Source: Pseudogulbenkiania sp. (GTDB lineage Bacteria > Pseudomonadota > Gammaproteobacteria > Burkholderiales > Chromobacteriaceae). From it: a DNA stretch of 64,000 bases. The notes beneath the pieces were generated by a model that made no database searches, was not told where the DNA came from, and saw nothing but the letters and a program-made list of their open reading frames with translations. The position numbers were made by a program, and so were the translations under genes. Where the stretch lies: contig JAGLBD010000014.1 of NCBI GenBank assembly GCA_018260425.1, forward strand, positions 529-64,528, read 5' to 3'. Each line of letters starts with the position of its first letter. The stretch's first letter is position 1. Positions 48,401-58,779 of this stretch are shown piece by piece.

Positions 48401-50260
48401 TCACAGTTCAGCGATGTTATGGCCTTTGAGCGCGCGCTTGATGTTGCGGTCCATCCGGCGTGCAGCAAAGGTGTCGGTCGCTTTATTGAGCGCCGCGGTG
48501 GTTTCATTGACCTGACGGGTCACGGCAGCGGCGATGGCCTTGCGGGCGGCGTCGATGGCCACGGCAATGGCGGCACGTTCCGTATCGTCAAGCAGGTCGC
48601 CATCGGCCGCAATCGCCAACTCGGTCGTGGCGATCAGGGCTTCGGCATCGACAATGGCCTCGCGCAATTTACGCGCCTCGATGTCTTCTTTGACATTGGC
48701 CATCGACTCGGTGAGCATGCGGGTAATCTCGTCATCGCCCAGTCCGTAGGCCGGTTTGACCTCGATGCTGGCTTCCACGCCGGAGGTTTGTTCGCGGGCC
48801 GTGACTGACAACAGTCCATCCGCATCGATCTGGAAGGTGATGCGGATGCGCGCTGCGCCGGCCACCATCGGCGGAATGCCGCGCAGGACGAATTGTCCCA
48901 GCGAGCGGCAATCGGCAACCAGTTCCCGCTCACCCTGCAGCACATGGATGGACATAGCCGTCTGGCCATCCTTGTAGGTGGTGAATTCCTGGGCACGGGC
49001 AATCGGCAAGGTGCTGTTGCGGGTGATAATCTTTTCCGACAGGCCGCCCATGGTTTCGATGCCCAGCGACAAGGGAATCACGTCCAGCAGCAGCCATTCG
49101 TCGTCCTGCTTGTTGCCGGCCAGTACGTTGGCCTGAATGGCGGCCCCCAGCGCGACAACCTTGTCCGGGTCGAGATTGGTCAGCGGCGGTTGCCCGAAAA
49201 AGGTTTCCACGGCTTTCTGGATGTGCGGCATGCGCGTTGCGCCGCCTACCATCACCACGCCGTTGACCTGAGTGGTTTTGATGCCGGCATCCCGCAAGGC
49301 CTTGCGTACCGGCAGCAGGGTTTTATCGACCAGCGGGCGGGTAATCTCGCGGAAGGTGGCGACATCCAGCTGCAGGTCGACGGCCATGCCATCGGACAGC
49401 AGCACGGTAATGCGGGTTTCGCCGTGTTCGGTCAGGGCTTCCTTGGCTTCCCGTGCACGAGTCAGCAGCAGGCGCGCGTCCGAAGGACCCAGACCGGACA
49501 GGCCGGCAGCCTGCAGAATCCAGCAATAGACCCGGTGATCAAAGTCATCGCCCCCCAGTGCGGAATCGCCACTGGTAGCCAGCACCTCGAAAACGCCCCG
49601 GGTCAGTTTGAGAACCGATACGTCCAGCGTTCCGCCGCCAAGGTCGTAAACGACAAAGGTGCCTTCGGAGGCATTGTCCAGTCCATAGGCAATGGCGGCC
49701 GCAGTCGGCTCGTTGAGCAAACGCAGTACCGACAAGCCGGCAATTCGGGCCGCATCCTTGGTGGCCTGACGTTGCGCGTCGTCGAAATAGGCGGGAACGG
49801 TGATCACGGCCCCGGTCAACTCTCCGCCCAGCGAGGCTTCGGCACGCGCCTTGAGCGAGGCAAGAATGGCGGCCGAGACTTCCACCGGGCTTTTTACCCC
49901 GGCACAGGTCTGCAACTGCACCATGCCTGGCGCATCGACAAAACGATAGGGCTGGGTGGCGAGATCGGGGATATCGCGAATGCCGCGACCCATGAAACGC
50001 TTGACCGAGACAATGGTATTGGCCGGGTCGCGGTTTTGTGCCGCCTGGGCGCGATGCCCGACCGTCACGCTGCCATCTTCACGGTAGCGGACGACCGAAG
50101 GAAGCAGGGCATGGCCTTCTTCATCGGACAGTACCGTGGCCGAGCCGGAACGTACCGTGGCAACCAGCGAGTTGGTGGTGCCAAGATCGATGCCGACAGC
50201 CAGCCGGTGTTGATGGGGAGCGGTGGAAAGGCCGGGTTCGGCGATTTGCAATAGGGCCAT
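48401..50260 (-). CDS. hscA: Fe-S cluster assembly Hsp70 chaperone HscA
   Basis: 619 aa. Hsp70 motifs ([22 protein letters not shown]) and isc context. Confidence 0.95.
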   Translation of the reverse strand: MALLQIAEPGLSTAPHQHRLAVGIDLGTTNSLVATVRSGSATVLSDEEGHALLPSVVRYREDGSVTVGHRAQAAQNRDPANTIVSVKRFMGRGIRDIPDLATQPYRFVDAPGMVQLQTCAGVKSPVEVSAAILASLKARAEASLGGELTGAVITVPAYFDDAQRQATKDAARIAGLSVLRLLNEPTAAAIAYGLDNASEGTFVVYDLGGGTLDVSVLKLTRGVFEVLATSGDSALGGDDFDHRVYCWILQAAGLSGLGPSDARLLLTRAREAKEALTEHGETRITVLLSDGMAVDLQLDVATFREITRPLVDKTLLPVRKALRDAGIKTTQVNGVVMVGGATRMPHIQKAVETFFGQPPLTNLDPDKVVALGAAIQANVLAGNKQDDEWLLLDVIPLSLGIETMGGLSEKIITRNSTLPIARAQEFTTYKDGQTAMSIHVLQGERELVADCRSLGQFVLRGIPPMVAGAARIRITFQIDADGLLSVTAREQTSGVEASIEVKPAYGLGDDEITRMLTESMANVKEDIEARKLREAIVDAEALIATTELAIAADGDLLDDTERAAIAVAIDAARKAIAAAVTRQVNETTAALNKATDTFAARRMDRNIKRALKGHNIAEL

Positions 50261-50292
50261 GGCAAACTTAATGGTTAAGGGTCCTGACAGCG

Positions 50293-50829
50293 CTATCGGT
50301 CAAGCAGAGCTTCGATGGCGTCGCCGATTTCCTGTTCGAGTTTTTCCAGAAAACGTAATTTTCGCACCAGAAGGGCTGCCGCGTCCAAATCCCGCGTGTC
50401 ATCGAGTGCGCGGGCCAGCGTCTCTTCCAGTTGGCAGGTCTCGTCGGACAGTTCCGTTTCCAGCGTCGCCAGTGCTTCAACCGAGCCACTGTCATCCGCT
50501 TCTTCAATTCGCTCACGCCATTCCATCTGTTCCATCAGGAAGGTGGCCGGCATGCTGGTATTGGTTTCTTCCTGAGTGTCCACTCCCGCGAGTGCCAGCA
50601 GGTAACGGGCACGGGCGAGAGGGTTTTTCAGGGTATCGTAGGCTTCGTTGACCCGGGTCGCCATCATCAGGGCGATGCGTTGTTCGGCATCGCTCTTGCT
50701 GGCAAAACGATCCGGGTGAACCTCCAGCGCCAACTGCAGGCGAGCCGCCTCGAGTTCCGGCAACGACAGACGGAACTGCTGCGGCAAGCCGAACAGTGCA
50801 AAGTGATCCTGATCGAAGGCCGTTTTCAT
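50293..50829 (-). CDS. hscB: Fe-S cluster co-chaperone HscB
   Basis: 178 aa. J-domain with HPDRF and isc context. Confidence 0.9.
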   Translation of the reverse strand: MKTAFDQDHFALFGLPQQFRLSLPELEAARLQLALEVHPDRFASKSDAEQRIALMMATRVNEAYDTLKNPLARARYLLALAGVDTQEETNTSMPATFLMEQMEWRERIEEADDSGSVEALATLETELSDETCQLEETLARALDDTRDLDAAALLVRKLRFLEKLEQEIGDAIEALLDR

Positions 50830-50831
50830 GG

Positions 50832-51155
50832 TCAGACGTTAAAGCTTTCGCCGCAGCCGCACTCGTTTTTCACGTTGGGGTTGTTGAACTGAAACCCCTC
50901 GTTGACACCTTCCTTGGCATAGTCGAGCTCGGTGCCATCGATATAGGCGAGACTCTTGGCGTCGGTGAATACCGTCACGCCAAAGCTTTCGAAGGTGATG
51001 TCGTCATCGGAGGGTTGGTCGACAAACTCGAGTTTGTAGGCCATGCCCGAGCAGCCGGAGGTTTTGACACCGAGCCGGATGCCGAGCCCCTTGCCGCGAC
51101 GGGAAATGAAGTTGCCGATGTGTTGGGCTGCGCGTTCTGTCAGAGTGATCGCCAT
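50832..51155 (-). CDS. iscA: Iron-binding A-type carrier IscA
   Basis: 107 aa. C-terminal CGCGESF motif and SGCSG. Confidence 0.93.
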   Translation of the reverse strand: MAITLTERAAQHIGNFISRRGKGLGIRLGVKTSGCSGMAYKLEFVDQPSDDDITFESFGVTVFTDAKSLAYIDGTELDYAKEGVNEGFQFNNPNVKNECGCGESFNV

Positions 51156-51167
51156 GATTCGCTCCTG

Positions 51168-51551
51168 TTACAGACCGTGTTTCTGCTTGTAGTCGCTGAC
51201 CGCGGCCTTGATGGCATCTTCGGCAAGGATGGAGCAGTGAATCTTCACCGGCGGCAAGGCCAGTTCTTCGGCAATCGCGGTGTTCTTGATCGACAGGGCT
51301 TCGTCAAGGGTCTTGCCTTTAACCCACTCGGTGACCAGCGACGAAGAAGCAATGGCGGAGCCACAGCCGTAGGTCTTGAATTTGGCATCTTCGATCACGC
51401 CGTTTTCACCGACCTTGATCTGCAGTTTCATGACGTCGCCGCAGGCCGGTGCGCCAACCATGCCGGTACCGATGGTCTCGTCGCCCTTGGTGAAAGAGCC
51501 GACGTTGCGGGGGTTTTCGTAGTGGTCCAGAAGCTTGTTGCTGTATGCCAT
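51168..51551 (-). CDS. iscU: Fe-S cluster scaffold IscU
   Basis: ORF 51168-51629. Start at MAYSNKLLDHYENPRNVG. GAPACGDVM, TYGCGSAIASSS and LPPVK motifs. Confidence 0.95.
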   Translation of the reverse strand: MAYSNKLLDHYENPRNVGSFTKGDETIGTGMVGAPACGDVMKLQIKVGENGVIEDAKFKTYGCGSAIASSSLVTEWVKGKTLDEALSIKNTAIAEELALPPVKIHCSILAEDAIKAAVSDYKQKHGL

Positions 51552-51571
51552 GTTGTTCTCCTGCAGTACGG

Positions 51572-52789
51572 TCAGTGGGCAGCCCACTGCACGGTGTTCA
51601 GATCGATACCCTCTTTGTACATTTCCCACAGCGGGGAGAGGTCACGCAGCTTGCCGATTTTTTCGCGGATCAGGTGGATGGCGAAGTCGATCTGCTCTTC
51701 GGTGGTGAAGCGGCCGATGGTGAAGCGGATCGAGCTATGGGCCAGTTCGTCGTTGCGACCCAGTGCACGCAGCACATAAGAAGGTTCGAGACTTGCCGAG
51801 GTACAGGCCGAGCCACTGGAAACGGCCAGTTCCTTGATCGCCATGATCAACGATTCGCCTTCGACGAAATTGAAGCTGACATTCAGGTTGTGGGGTACGC
51901 GGGCATCGATGTCGCCGTTGATGTACACCTCTTCCATGTCGCTGATGCCATTCCACAGGCGGTCGCGCAGCTGGCGGATCCGCTCGTTTTCACTGGCCAT
52001 TTCCTCGCGGGCGATGCGGAAAGCCTCACCCATGCCGACGATCTGGTGTGTGGCCAGCGTGCCGGAGCGGAAACCACGCTCGTGACCGCCGCCATGCATT
52101 TGCGCTTCAAGACGGACACGCGGCTTGCGACGTACGTAAAGGGCGCCGATGCCTTTCGGACCGTAGGTCTTGTGCGCGCTGAAGCTCATCAGGTCGACCT
52201 TGAGGGTGGCCAGGTCGATGTCGACCTTGCCGGTGGCCTGAGCCGCATCCACATGGAAAATGATGCCTTTTTCACGGCAGATTTCGCCAATGCCGGCGAT
52301 ATCCTGCACAACGCCGATTTCATTGTTGACGAACATCACCGACACCAGAATGGTCTCCGGGCGCAAGGCAGCCAGCAGGGCGTCCTTGCTGATCAGTCCG
52401 TTTTCCTGCACATCCAGATAGGTGACTTCGAAGCCCTGGCGTTCCAGTTCACGGGTGGTGTCCAGCACCGCCTTGTGTTCGGTACGCACGGTGATGAGGT
52501 GATTGCCGCGCGTCTTGTAGAACTGGGCGGCACCCTTGATCGCCAGGTTGTTGGACTCGGTGGCACCGGAGGTCCAGATGATTTCCTTGGCATCGCAGTT
52601 GACCAGACGGGCAACGTTTTCACGAGCGGACTCAACGGCCTCCTCGGCTTCCCAGCCATAGCTGTGACTGCGCGAAGCCGGGTTGCCGAACAACTCGGTG
52701 ATATAGGGAATCATCTTTTCGGCAACACGCGGATCGACCGGAGTCGTTGCCGAATAATCCAGATAGATGGGAAACTTCATTTCACTCAT
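51572..52789 (-). CDS. iscS: Cysteine desulfurase IscS
   Basis: 405 aa. [11 protein letters not shown] (PLP lysine), SSGSACTS (catalytic Cys loop). Confidence 0.95.
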   Translation of the reverse strand: MSEMKFPIYLDYSATTPVDPRVAEKMIPYITELFGNPASRSHSYGWEAEEAVESARENVARLVNCDAKEIIWTSGATESNNLAIKGAAQFYKTRGNHLITVRTEHKAVLDTTRELERQGFEVTYLDVQENGLISKDALLAALRPETILVSVMFVNNEIGVVQDIAGIGEICREKGIIFHVDAAQATGKVDIDLATLKVDLMSFSAHKTYGPKGIGALYVRRKPRVRLEAQMHGGGHERGFRSGTLATHQIVGMGEAFRIAREEMASENERIRQLRDRLWNGISDMEEVYINGDIDARVPHNLNVSFNFVEGESLIMAIKELAVSSGSACTSASLEPSYVLRALGRNDELAHSSIRFTIGRFTTEEQIDFAIHLIREKIGKLRDLSPLWEMYKEGIDLNTVQWAAH

Positions 52790-52818
52790 TATGGGTTCTC
52801 CACTAAGGGCAGCAGCGA

Positions 52819-53304
52819 TCAGACAGTCGGGGCGGTCTGGTTGCGCGTAGCGCGGACCGTGCCGGGATCACGTTTGTCCTGCATCACGGTGCTCTCCTTG
52901 GCGCGTTGCTCGTCGACAAGATTGGCGAGGCTCACTTCGGAGAGATAGTCATAAATGGTGGCATTCAGCCTGGACCACAGGTCATGGGTCATACAGCGTT
53001 TGTTGCCATGGCAGTTTTCCCGGCCGCCACACTGTGTGGCATCGACCGGTTCATCAACGGCGCGGATGATGTCCGAGACGGAAATGGTCTCCGCGACGCG
53101 AGCCAGCGTGTAACCGCCGCCGGGGCCACGCACGCTGTCGACCAGTTCGGCGCGACGCAATTTGCCGAAGAGCTGCTCGAGATAAGACAGCGAAATGCTC
53201 TGTCGTTCGCTGATGCCTGCCAGCGTTACCGGGCCATTGGCTTCCCGCAGGGCCAGGTCGAGCATGGCGGTGACGGCAAAGCGGCCTTTGGTGGTCAAGC
53301 GCAT
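52819..53304 (-). CDS. iscR: Fe-S-responsive transcriptional regulator IscR (Rrf2 family)
   Basis: 161 aa [18 protein letters not shown]..., with cluster ligand region C...C.....C ([16 protein letters not shown]). Confidence 0.93.
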   Translation of the reverse strand: MRLTTKGRFAVTAMLDLALREANGPVTLAGISERQSISLSYLEQLFGKLRRAELVDSVRGPGGGYTLARVAETISVSDIIRAVDEPVDATQCGGRENCHGNKRCMTHDLWSRLNATIYDYLSEVSLANLVDEQRAKESTVMQDKRDPGTVRATRNQTAPTV

Positions 53305-53338
53305 GGTCAGATACTCCCGTGGATGGTCTTCAGGCCAA

Positions 53339-53373
53339 ATTATAGCTAATTTCCGAGTAAAACGGTCAACTAT
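53339..53373 (-). promoter_or_regulatory. isc promoter with type-1 IscR box
   Basis: Minus-strand reading gives ATAGTTGACCGTTTTACTCGGAAAT (53373-53349), close to the E. coli iscR site A as I recall it. It contains TTGACC (-35) and is followed by TATAAT (53344-53339). Confidence 0.65.
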
Positions 53374-53553
53374 TTGCCGTGGCGTTTGCCGGAGGGTCCG
53401 GACGCTCTTGTAAAGTTGATCATTTTACTAGGTTTTTGCCTTGATGGGGATGATTCTGCTGGCATGGCCGGTCGATGGTGTATCATTATCCCTATCCATG
53501 GGCTAACTGCTTGCCCCAGCCAAAGGCGGGGCCAAATCTGGAATACCAATTAC

Positions 53554-54675
53554 ATGAATAAAGTCGTCATCAGCGGAACCGGGCTCTTTACGCCCCCCCT
53601 TTCCATCAGCAACGAGGAGCTGGTGGCATCGTTCAATACCTACGTGGCGAACTACAATGCCCGTCATCAGGCCGAAATCGACGCCGGCACGCTGACGGCG
53701 CTGGCCGAGTCGAGCGCCGAATTCATTGTCCGGGCTTCCGGCATTCACCAGCGTTACGTGATCGATCGCGAGGGTGTGCTGGACCCGGAGCGCATGGCGC
53801 CGCGGATTCCCGAGCGTGACAACGACAGTCTGTCGGTTCAGGCCGAAATGGCCGTAGCCGCCGCCCGCGACGCACTGGCTGCCGCTGGCCGTGCGGCAGC
53901 GGACATCGATATGGTCATCGTGGCCTGCTCCAATATGCAGCGAGCCTATCCTGCCGTGTCCATCGAAGTGCAGCAGGCACTGGGAATCGAAGGCTTTGCC
54001 TTTGACATGAATGTGGCCTGCTCCTCGGCCACCTTCGGTATTCAGACGGCGGCCAATGCCATCCGCGCCGGTCAGGCGCGCGCGGTGTTGATGGTCAACC
54101 CGGAAATCTGTTCGGCGCACCTTAACTTCCGTGATCGGGACAGTCATTTCATTTTCGGCGATGCCGCCACCGCCGTGGTGCTGGAACAGGCCGACAAGGC
54201 GGTTGCCGCCGAGTGTTTCGAGGTGGTCGATACCCGCCTCGCCACGGTGTTCTCCAATAATATCCGCAACAATTTCGGCTTCCTGAACCGCTGCGACGAA
54301 TCCGGCATTGGCGCGCCCGACAAGTTGTTCGTGCAACAGGGACGCAAGGTCTTCAAGGAAGTCTGCCCGATGGTCGGAGAGCATATTGTCGGCCATCTCG
54401 AGTCATTGGGCATTGCACCGGACAGCGTGAAGCGTTTCTGGCTGCATCAGGCCAATCTGGCAATGAATCACTTGATCGTGCGCCGCGTTCTTGGCCGCGA
54501 GGCAAGCGAAATCGAAGCACCGGTGATTCTCGATCGCTATGCCAATACCAGTTCGGCTGGTTCGATCATCGCCTTCCATCTGCATGGCAAGGATCTGGTC
54601 GCCGGGGACGTCGGGGTGATTTCTTCGTTTGGCGCGGGCTACTCGGTGGGCAGTGTTGTGGTAAAAAAATGCTGA
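53554..54675 (+). CDS. FabH-like beta-ketoacyl-ACP synthase III, long form
   Basis: ORF 53374-54675. Start at MNKVVISGTGLF. Cys-His-Asn triad contexts NVACSSATFG, WLHQANLAM, YANTSSAGS. 373 aa. Confidence 0.8.
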   Translation: MNKVVISGTGLFTPPLSISNEELVASFNTYVANYNARHQAEIDAGTLTALAESSAEFIVRASGIHQRYVIDREGVLDPERMAPRIPERDNDSLSVQAEMAVAAARDALAAAGRAAADIDMVIVACSNMQRAYPAVSIEVQQALGIEGFAFDMNVACSSATFGIQTAANAIRAGQARAVLMVNPEICSAHLNFRDRDSHFIFGDAATAVVLEQADKAVAAECFEVVDTRLATVFSNNIRNNFGFLNRCDESGIGAPDKLFVQQGRKVFKEVCPMVGEHIVGHLESLGIAPDSVKRFWLHQANLAMNHLIVRRVLGREASEIEAPVILDRYANTSSAGSIIAFHLHGKDLVAGDVGVISSFGAGYSVGSVVVKKC

Positions 54676-54723
54676 AGTTATAGCTCTTGGCTGTAATTTC
54701 ATCATCATTTTCCGGAAGTGAGC

Positions 54724-54748
54724 TGGGGGCGCTTGTCAAAAGCGCCCC
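54724..54748 (+). terminator. Hairpin after the KAS III gene (weak T-tract)
   Basis: GGGGGCGCTT-GTCAA-AAGCGCCCCC. Confidence 0.5.
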
Positions 54749-54826
54749 CTCTGCATAATGTATCCCCTAAAGCACCTGTCAACACCTGTGCTTTATTAAA
54801 AAACCATATAAAGGAGTGGGGAAATT

Positions 54827-56419
54827 ATGCGAGTAATTGTGAAAGCAATGCTGGCCGCCGGGATGATTGCCAGTGCATCGATGGCCTCGGCCGCCGGAAC
54901 GCTGGTGTATTGTTCGGAAGGCAGTCCGGCAGGTTTCGATCCGGCCCAGTACACCACCGGTACCGATTTCGATGCGGCGGCAGAAACCGTCTTCAACCGT
55001 CTGGTGCAATTCCAGCATGGCGGCACCAAGGTCGAGCCCGGCCTTGCGGAAAAATGGACGGTATCGCCGGATGGCAAGACCTATACCTTTGCCCTGCGCA
55101 AAGGGGTGAAATTCCACACCACCGACTACTTCAAACCGAGTCGTGACTTTAACGCCGACGACGTCGTGTTTACCTTCGTGCGGATGCTGGACAAGAACCT
55201 TCCGTTCGTCAAAGCCAATCCGACCGAATTCCCCTACTTCAACGATATGGGGCTGAATGACAATATCACCAAGGTCGAGAAGGTTGATGCGCAAACCGTG
55301 CGCTTTGTCCTGAAAGACGCTGATCCGGCCTTCCTGCAGAATCTGGCCATGGCCTTTGCCTCGGTACATTCTGCCGAGTATGCGGACAAGTTGCTGAAAG
55401 AGGGCAAGGCCGCCCAGTTGAACCAGCAGCCGATCGGTACCGGTCCGTTTGTATTCAAACGTTACCAGAAAGATTCCCAGATCCGCTTTGCCGCCAACAA
55501 GGACTACTGGAAGAAGGGTGAAGTGAAGGTCGACAACCTGGTCTTCGCCATTACCACCGATCCGTCCGTTCGCGTGCAGAAACTGAAGGCCGGCGAATGC
55601 CAGGTGACCCTGAACCCGCGCCCGGCCGATGTCGCCGGCCTGAAAGCCGATCCGAAGCTGCAAGTCATGACCCAGGCCGGTTTCAACCTGGGCTATGTGG
55701 CGTACAACGTCAAGCACAAGCACCTCGACAAACTGGACGTGCGCAAGGCGCTGGACATGGCGATCAACAAGAAAGCCATCCTGACCGCCGTGTATCAGGG
55801 TACCGGTCAAGCCGCAACCAACCCGATGCCGCCGACCCAGTGGTCTTACAACAAGACCTTGAAGGATGCGCCGTATAACGTCGATGCCGCCAAAAAACTG
55901 CTGGCCAAGGCCGGTTATCCGAGCGGTTTCGAGATGACCTTGTGGGCGATGCCGGTGCAGCGTCCGTACAACCCCAATGCCAAGCTGATGGCTGAAATGA
56001 TCCAGTCCGACTGGGCCAAGATCGGTGTCAAGGTCAAGATCGTTTCCTACGAGTGGGGCGAGTACATCAAGCGCGCCAAGAATGGCGAGCATGACGCGAT
56101 GCTGATTGGCTGGACCGGTGACAATGGTGATCCGGACAACTGGCTCGGCACCTTGCTCAGTTGCGATGCGATGAACGGCAACAACTTCTCCAAGTGGTGC
56201 TACAAGCCCTATGAGGACCTGATCCAGAAGGCCAAGCACACCACCGATACCGCAGAGCGCACCAAGCTGTACCTGAAGGCGCAGGAAGTCTTCAAGGCGG
56301 AAGTGCCGTTTACACCGATTGCCCACTCGACTGTCAACCAGCCGATGCTCAAGTCGGTACAGGGATTCAAGGTCAGCCCGTTTGGCACTAACTCGTTCTA
56401 CGGCGTCAGCGTCAAGTAA
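54827..56419 (+). CDS. dppA: Dipeptide ABC transporter substrate-binding protein
   Basis: 530 aa. Signal peptide, then TLVYCSEGSP.GF.P pattern typical of DppA. Followed by dppBCDF. Confidence 0.88.
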   Translation: MRVIVKAMLAAGMIASASMASAAGTLVYCSEGSPAGFDPAQYTTGTDFDAAAETVFNRLVQFQHGGTKVEPGLAEKWTVSPDGKTYTFALRKGVKFHTTDYFKPSRDFNADDVVFTFVRMLDKNLPFVKANPTEFPYFNDMGLNDNITKVEKVDAQTVRFVLKDADPAFLQNLAMAFASVHSAEYADKLLKEGKAAQLNQQPIGTGPFVFKRYQKDSQIRFAANKDYWKKGEVKVDNLVFAITTDPSVRVQKLKAGECQVTLNPRPADVAGLKADPKLQVMTQAGFNLGYVAYNVKHKHLDKLDVRKALDMAINKKAILTAVYQGTGQAATNPMPPTQWSYNKTLKDAPYNVDAAKKLLAKAGYPSGFEMTLWAMPVQRPYNPNAKLMAEMIQSDWAKIGVKVKIVSYEWGEYIKRAKNGEHDAMLIGWTGDNGDPDNWLGTLLSCDAMNGNNFSKWCYKPYEDLIQKAKHTTDTAERTKLYLKAQEVFKAEVPFTPIAHSTVNQPMLKSVQGFKVSPFGTNSFYGVSVK

Positions 56420-56442
56420 GTAAAACAATAACAGGCAGCAAC

Positions 56443-56466
56443 GCCCGGGAAGTCCGCTTCCCGGGC
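56443..56466 (+). terminator. Perfect 10-bp hairpin just after dppA (attenuator/mRNA stabiliser candidate, no T-tract)
   Basis: GCCCGGGAAG-TCCG-CTTCCCGGGC. Confidence 0.45.
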
Positions 56467-56805
56467 AACAACAACGGCAGCCCTGCCGGTGCATGTTTGG
56501 CCGGCCGGGGGTGTTGCGTCCGCAAGAGCCGGTGTGGTGACAGAGAAGTCACCCCTCGCGGTGGGTGGTTTGATGTGGGTCAAGCGCGGCAGTCTGGCTG
56601 CGTGATACTGTGGCGCTGTCGTGACGATGGTGCCGCTGGTATACGGTGGGTGGTTCGGGGGGATCATCGTCACGACACTCCCGGTATTCCTCCTGTCAGC
56701 TCTTCCCCGAAGTCATTTCACTCGTGTCGCTTGCCAACGGTCGCTGCATTTCCGACAGGGCTCCGTCACGCGGAAGCCATGGGCTGCCGCCACGGAGAAA
56801 CACTC

Positions 56806-57834
56806 ATGTTTGCATTCATTTTCCGGCGCTTCGGACTGTTGATACCGACCTTCATCGGCATCACGCTCCTGACCTTCAGCCTGATTCACATGATCCCCGG
56901 CGATCCCATCGAAGTGATGGTGGGGGAGCGTAACCTCGATCCGGTCATGCACGCTCAGGCGATGCATCGTCTTGGACTGGACAAACCCCTTTACGCACAG
57001 TACTTCGATTACATCGGCCAGTTGCTCAATGGCAACCTCGGCGAGTCGATCAAGACCCGCGAGCCGGTGCTGAAAGAGTTTCTGACGCTGTTTCCGGCAA
57101 CGCTCGAGCTGGCACTGTCTGCCATGCTGTTCGCCGCATTCTTCGGCTTGCTGGCCGGGGTGATCGCGGCCATTCGCCGCGGCAAGGCGACCGATCATTC
57201 AGTGATGGGACTGGCACTGACCGGGTTTTCCATGCCGATTTTCTGGTGGGGCCTGATTCTCATCATGGTATTTTCCAACTATCTGCACTGGACACCGGTC
57301 TCGGGACGCGTCGATCTGGCGTTCGATATCCCGCCACGCACCGGCTTCATGCTGATCGATTCATGGCTGATAGAGCGGGCCGATCCGGCCAATTTTTCCG
57401 GCGCCTTCATTGATGCCCTGCGCCATCTGATCCTGCCGACCATTGTGCTCGGGACGATTCCGCTGGCGGTGATTGCGCGGATGACGCGTTCGTCGATGCT
57501 GGAAGTCCTGAAGGAAGACTATGTGCGTACTGCCCGCGCCAAGGGCCTGTCGCCGTTCAAGGTTATTTTCGTGCATACCCTGCGCAATGCACTGATTCCG
57601 GTGTTGACGGTGATCGGCTTGCAGATCGGCACCCTGATGGGCGGGGCCGTGCTGACCGAGACGATCTTTTCCTGGCCCGGCATTGGCAAATGGCTGATCG
57701 ACGCCATTGGCAGTCGTGACTATCCGGTGATCCAGAGTGGTCTCTTGATGGTTGCTACCCTTGTCATCGTGGTCAACTTCGCCGTGGATATTCTCTACGG
57801 TGTGGTGAATCCGCGTATCCGTCACGCCAAATAA
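56806..57834 (+). CDS. dppB: Dipeptide ABC transporter permease
   Basis: ORF 56497-57834. Start at MFAFIFRRFGLLIPTFIGITLLTF (typical DppB/OppB N-terminus). The upstream in-frame extension has no protein-like character. Confidence 0.88.
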   Translation: MFAFIFRRFGLLIPTFIGITLLTFSLIHMIPGDPIEVMVGERNLDPVMHAQAMHRLGLDKPLYAQYFDYIGQLLNGNLGESIKTREPVLKEFLTLFPATLELALSAMLFAAFFGLLAGVIAAIRRGKATDHSVMGLALTGFSMPIFWWGLILIMVFSNYLHWTPVSGRVDLAFDIPPRTGFMLIDSWLIERADPANFSGAFIDALRHLILPTIVLGTIPLAVIARMTRSSMLEVLKEDYVRTARAKGLSPFKVIFVHTLRNALIPVLTVIGLQIGTLMGGAVLTETIFSWPGIGKWLIDAIGSRDYPVIQSGLLMVATLVIVVNFAVDILYGVVNPRIRHAK

Positions 57835-57849
57835 GCGGGAGCTCTCCTC

Positions 57850-58770
57850 ATGTCCCTACAAAAACAAACGGTTGTTCCGGATGCCGATGCCCCGGTGGCG
57901 ACCTATCCATCCCCTGTCAAGGAATTCTGGCAGGCATTTTCCCAGAACAAGGGGGCCGTGGCCGGTCTGGTCTTCATGCTGGTGGTGGTGTTTGCCGCCA
58001 TCTTCGCACCGCTGGTCGCCCCTTACAGTCCTATCGAGCAATACCACGACCATTTGCTGACCCCGCCTGCCTGGTGCGAGGGGGGCAGCCGCGCTTTCCT
58101 GCTGGGCACCGACGAGGCTGGTCGCGACCTGTTGTCCCGCTTGATCTACGGCGCACGCATGTCCTTGCTGATCGGTCTTTCTTCCGTGGTGGTCGCATTG
58201 ATCCCGGGGGTGATTCTCGGTCTGTTGGCGGCCTTTTTCCCGCGCATGATCGGAGGTTCGATCATGCGTCTGATGGATGTGCTGATGGCCCTGCCTTCGC
58301 TGTTGCTGGCGGTGGCGATCGTCGCCATTCTCGGACCGGGCTTCATCAACAGCATTATTGCGATTGCCGTCGTGGGTCTGCCGGCCTATGTCCGCCTGAC
58401 GCGTGCATCGGCCATGTCCGAACTGAACCGCGACTATGTCACGGCCTCGCGGGTATGCGGTGCCGGCCTGCTGCGCTTGATGTTCATTACCGTGCTGCCC
58501 AATTGCATGGCGCCGCTGATCGTACACGCCACCATGAGTTTCTCTTCGGCGATTCTCGAAGCGTCGGCGCTGGGTTTCCTCGGCTTGGGCGTGCAGCCTC
58601 CCACCCCGGAGTGGGGCACCATGCTGGCGTCGGCACGTGACTATATCGAGCGGGCCTGGTGGGTGGTGAGCCTGCCGGGTTTGACCATTCTGTTGGCCGT
58701 TCTGTCCATCAATCTGATGGGCGACGGTCTGCGCGATGCGCTGGATCCCAAACTCAAGCGGATCGCGTAA
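57850..58770 (+). CDS. dppC: Dipeptide ABC transporter permease
   Basis: 306 aa. The reading ...LLGTDEAGRDLLSRLIYGAR... is typical of DppC/OppC. Confidence 0.88.
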   Translation: MSLQKQTVVPDADAPVATYPSPVKEFWQAFSQNKGAVAGLVFMLVVVFAAIFAPLVAPYSPIEQYHDHLLTPPAWCEGGSRAFLLGTDEAGRDLLSRLIYGARMSLLIGLSSVVVALIPGVILGLLAAFFPRMIGGSIMRLMDVLMALPSLLLAVAIVAILGPGFINSIIAIAVVGLPAYVRLTRASAMSELNRDYVTASRVCGAGLLRLMFITVLPNCMAPLIVHATMSFSSAILEASALGFLGLGVQPPTPEWGTMLASARDYIERAWWVVSLPGLTILLAVLSINLMGDGLRDALDPKLKRIA

Positions 58771-58779
58771 GGGGCTGGT

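Noticed and set aside
56497-56805. An N-terminal 103-aa extension of dppB suggested by the ORF track. Analogous upstream extensions are suggested for potE (12911), the HD-GYP regulator (14424), mltA (28743), iscU (51629), KAS III (53374), dppF (59628), DUF502 (43098), thioredoxin (62453) and GST (47802).
   Set aside because: The extensions are Arg/Gly/Cys-rich or otherwise non-protein-like. They overlap upstream genes or terminators. The internal ATGs give canonical family N-termini, usually with an SD.
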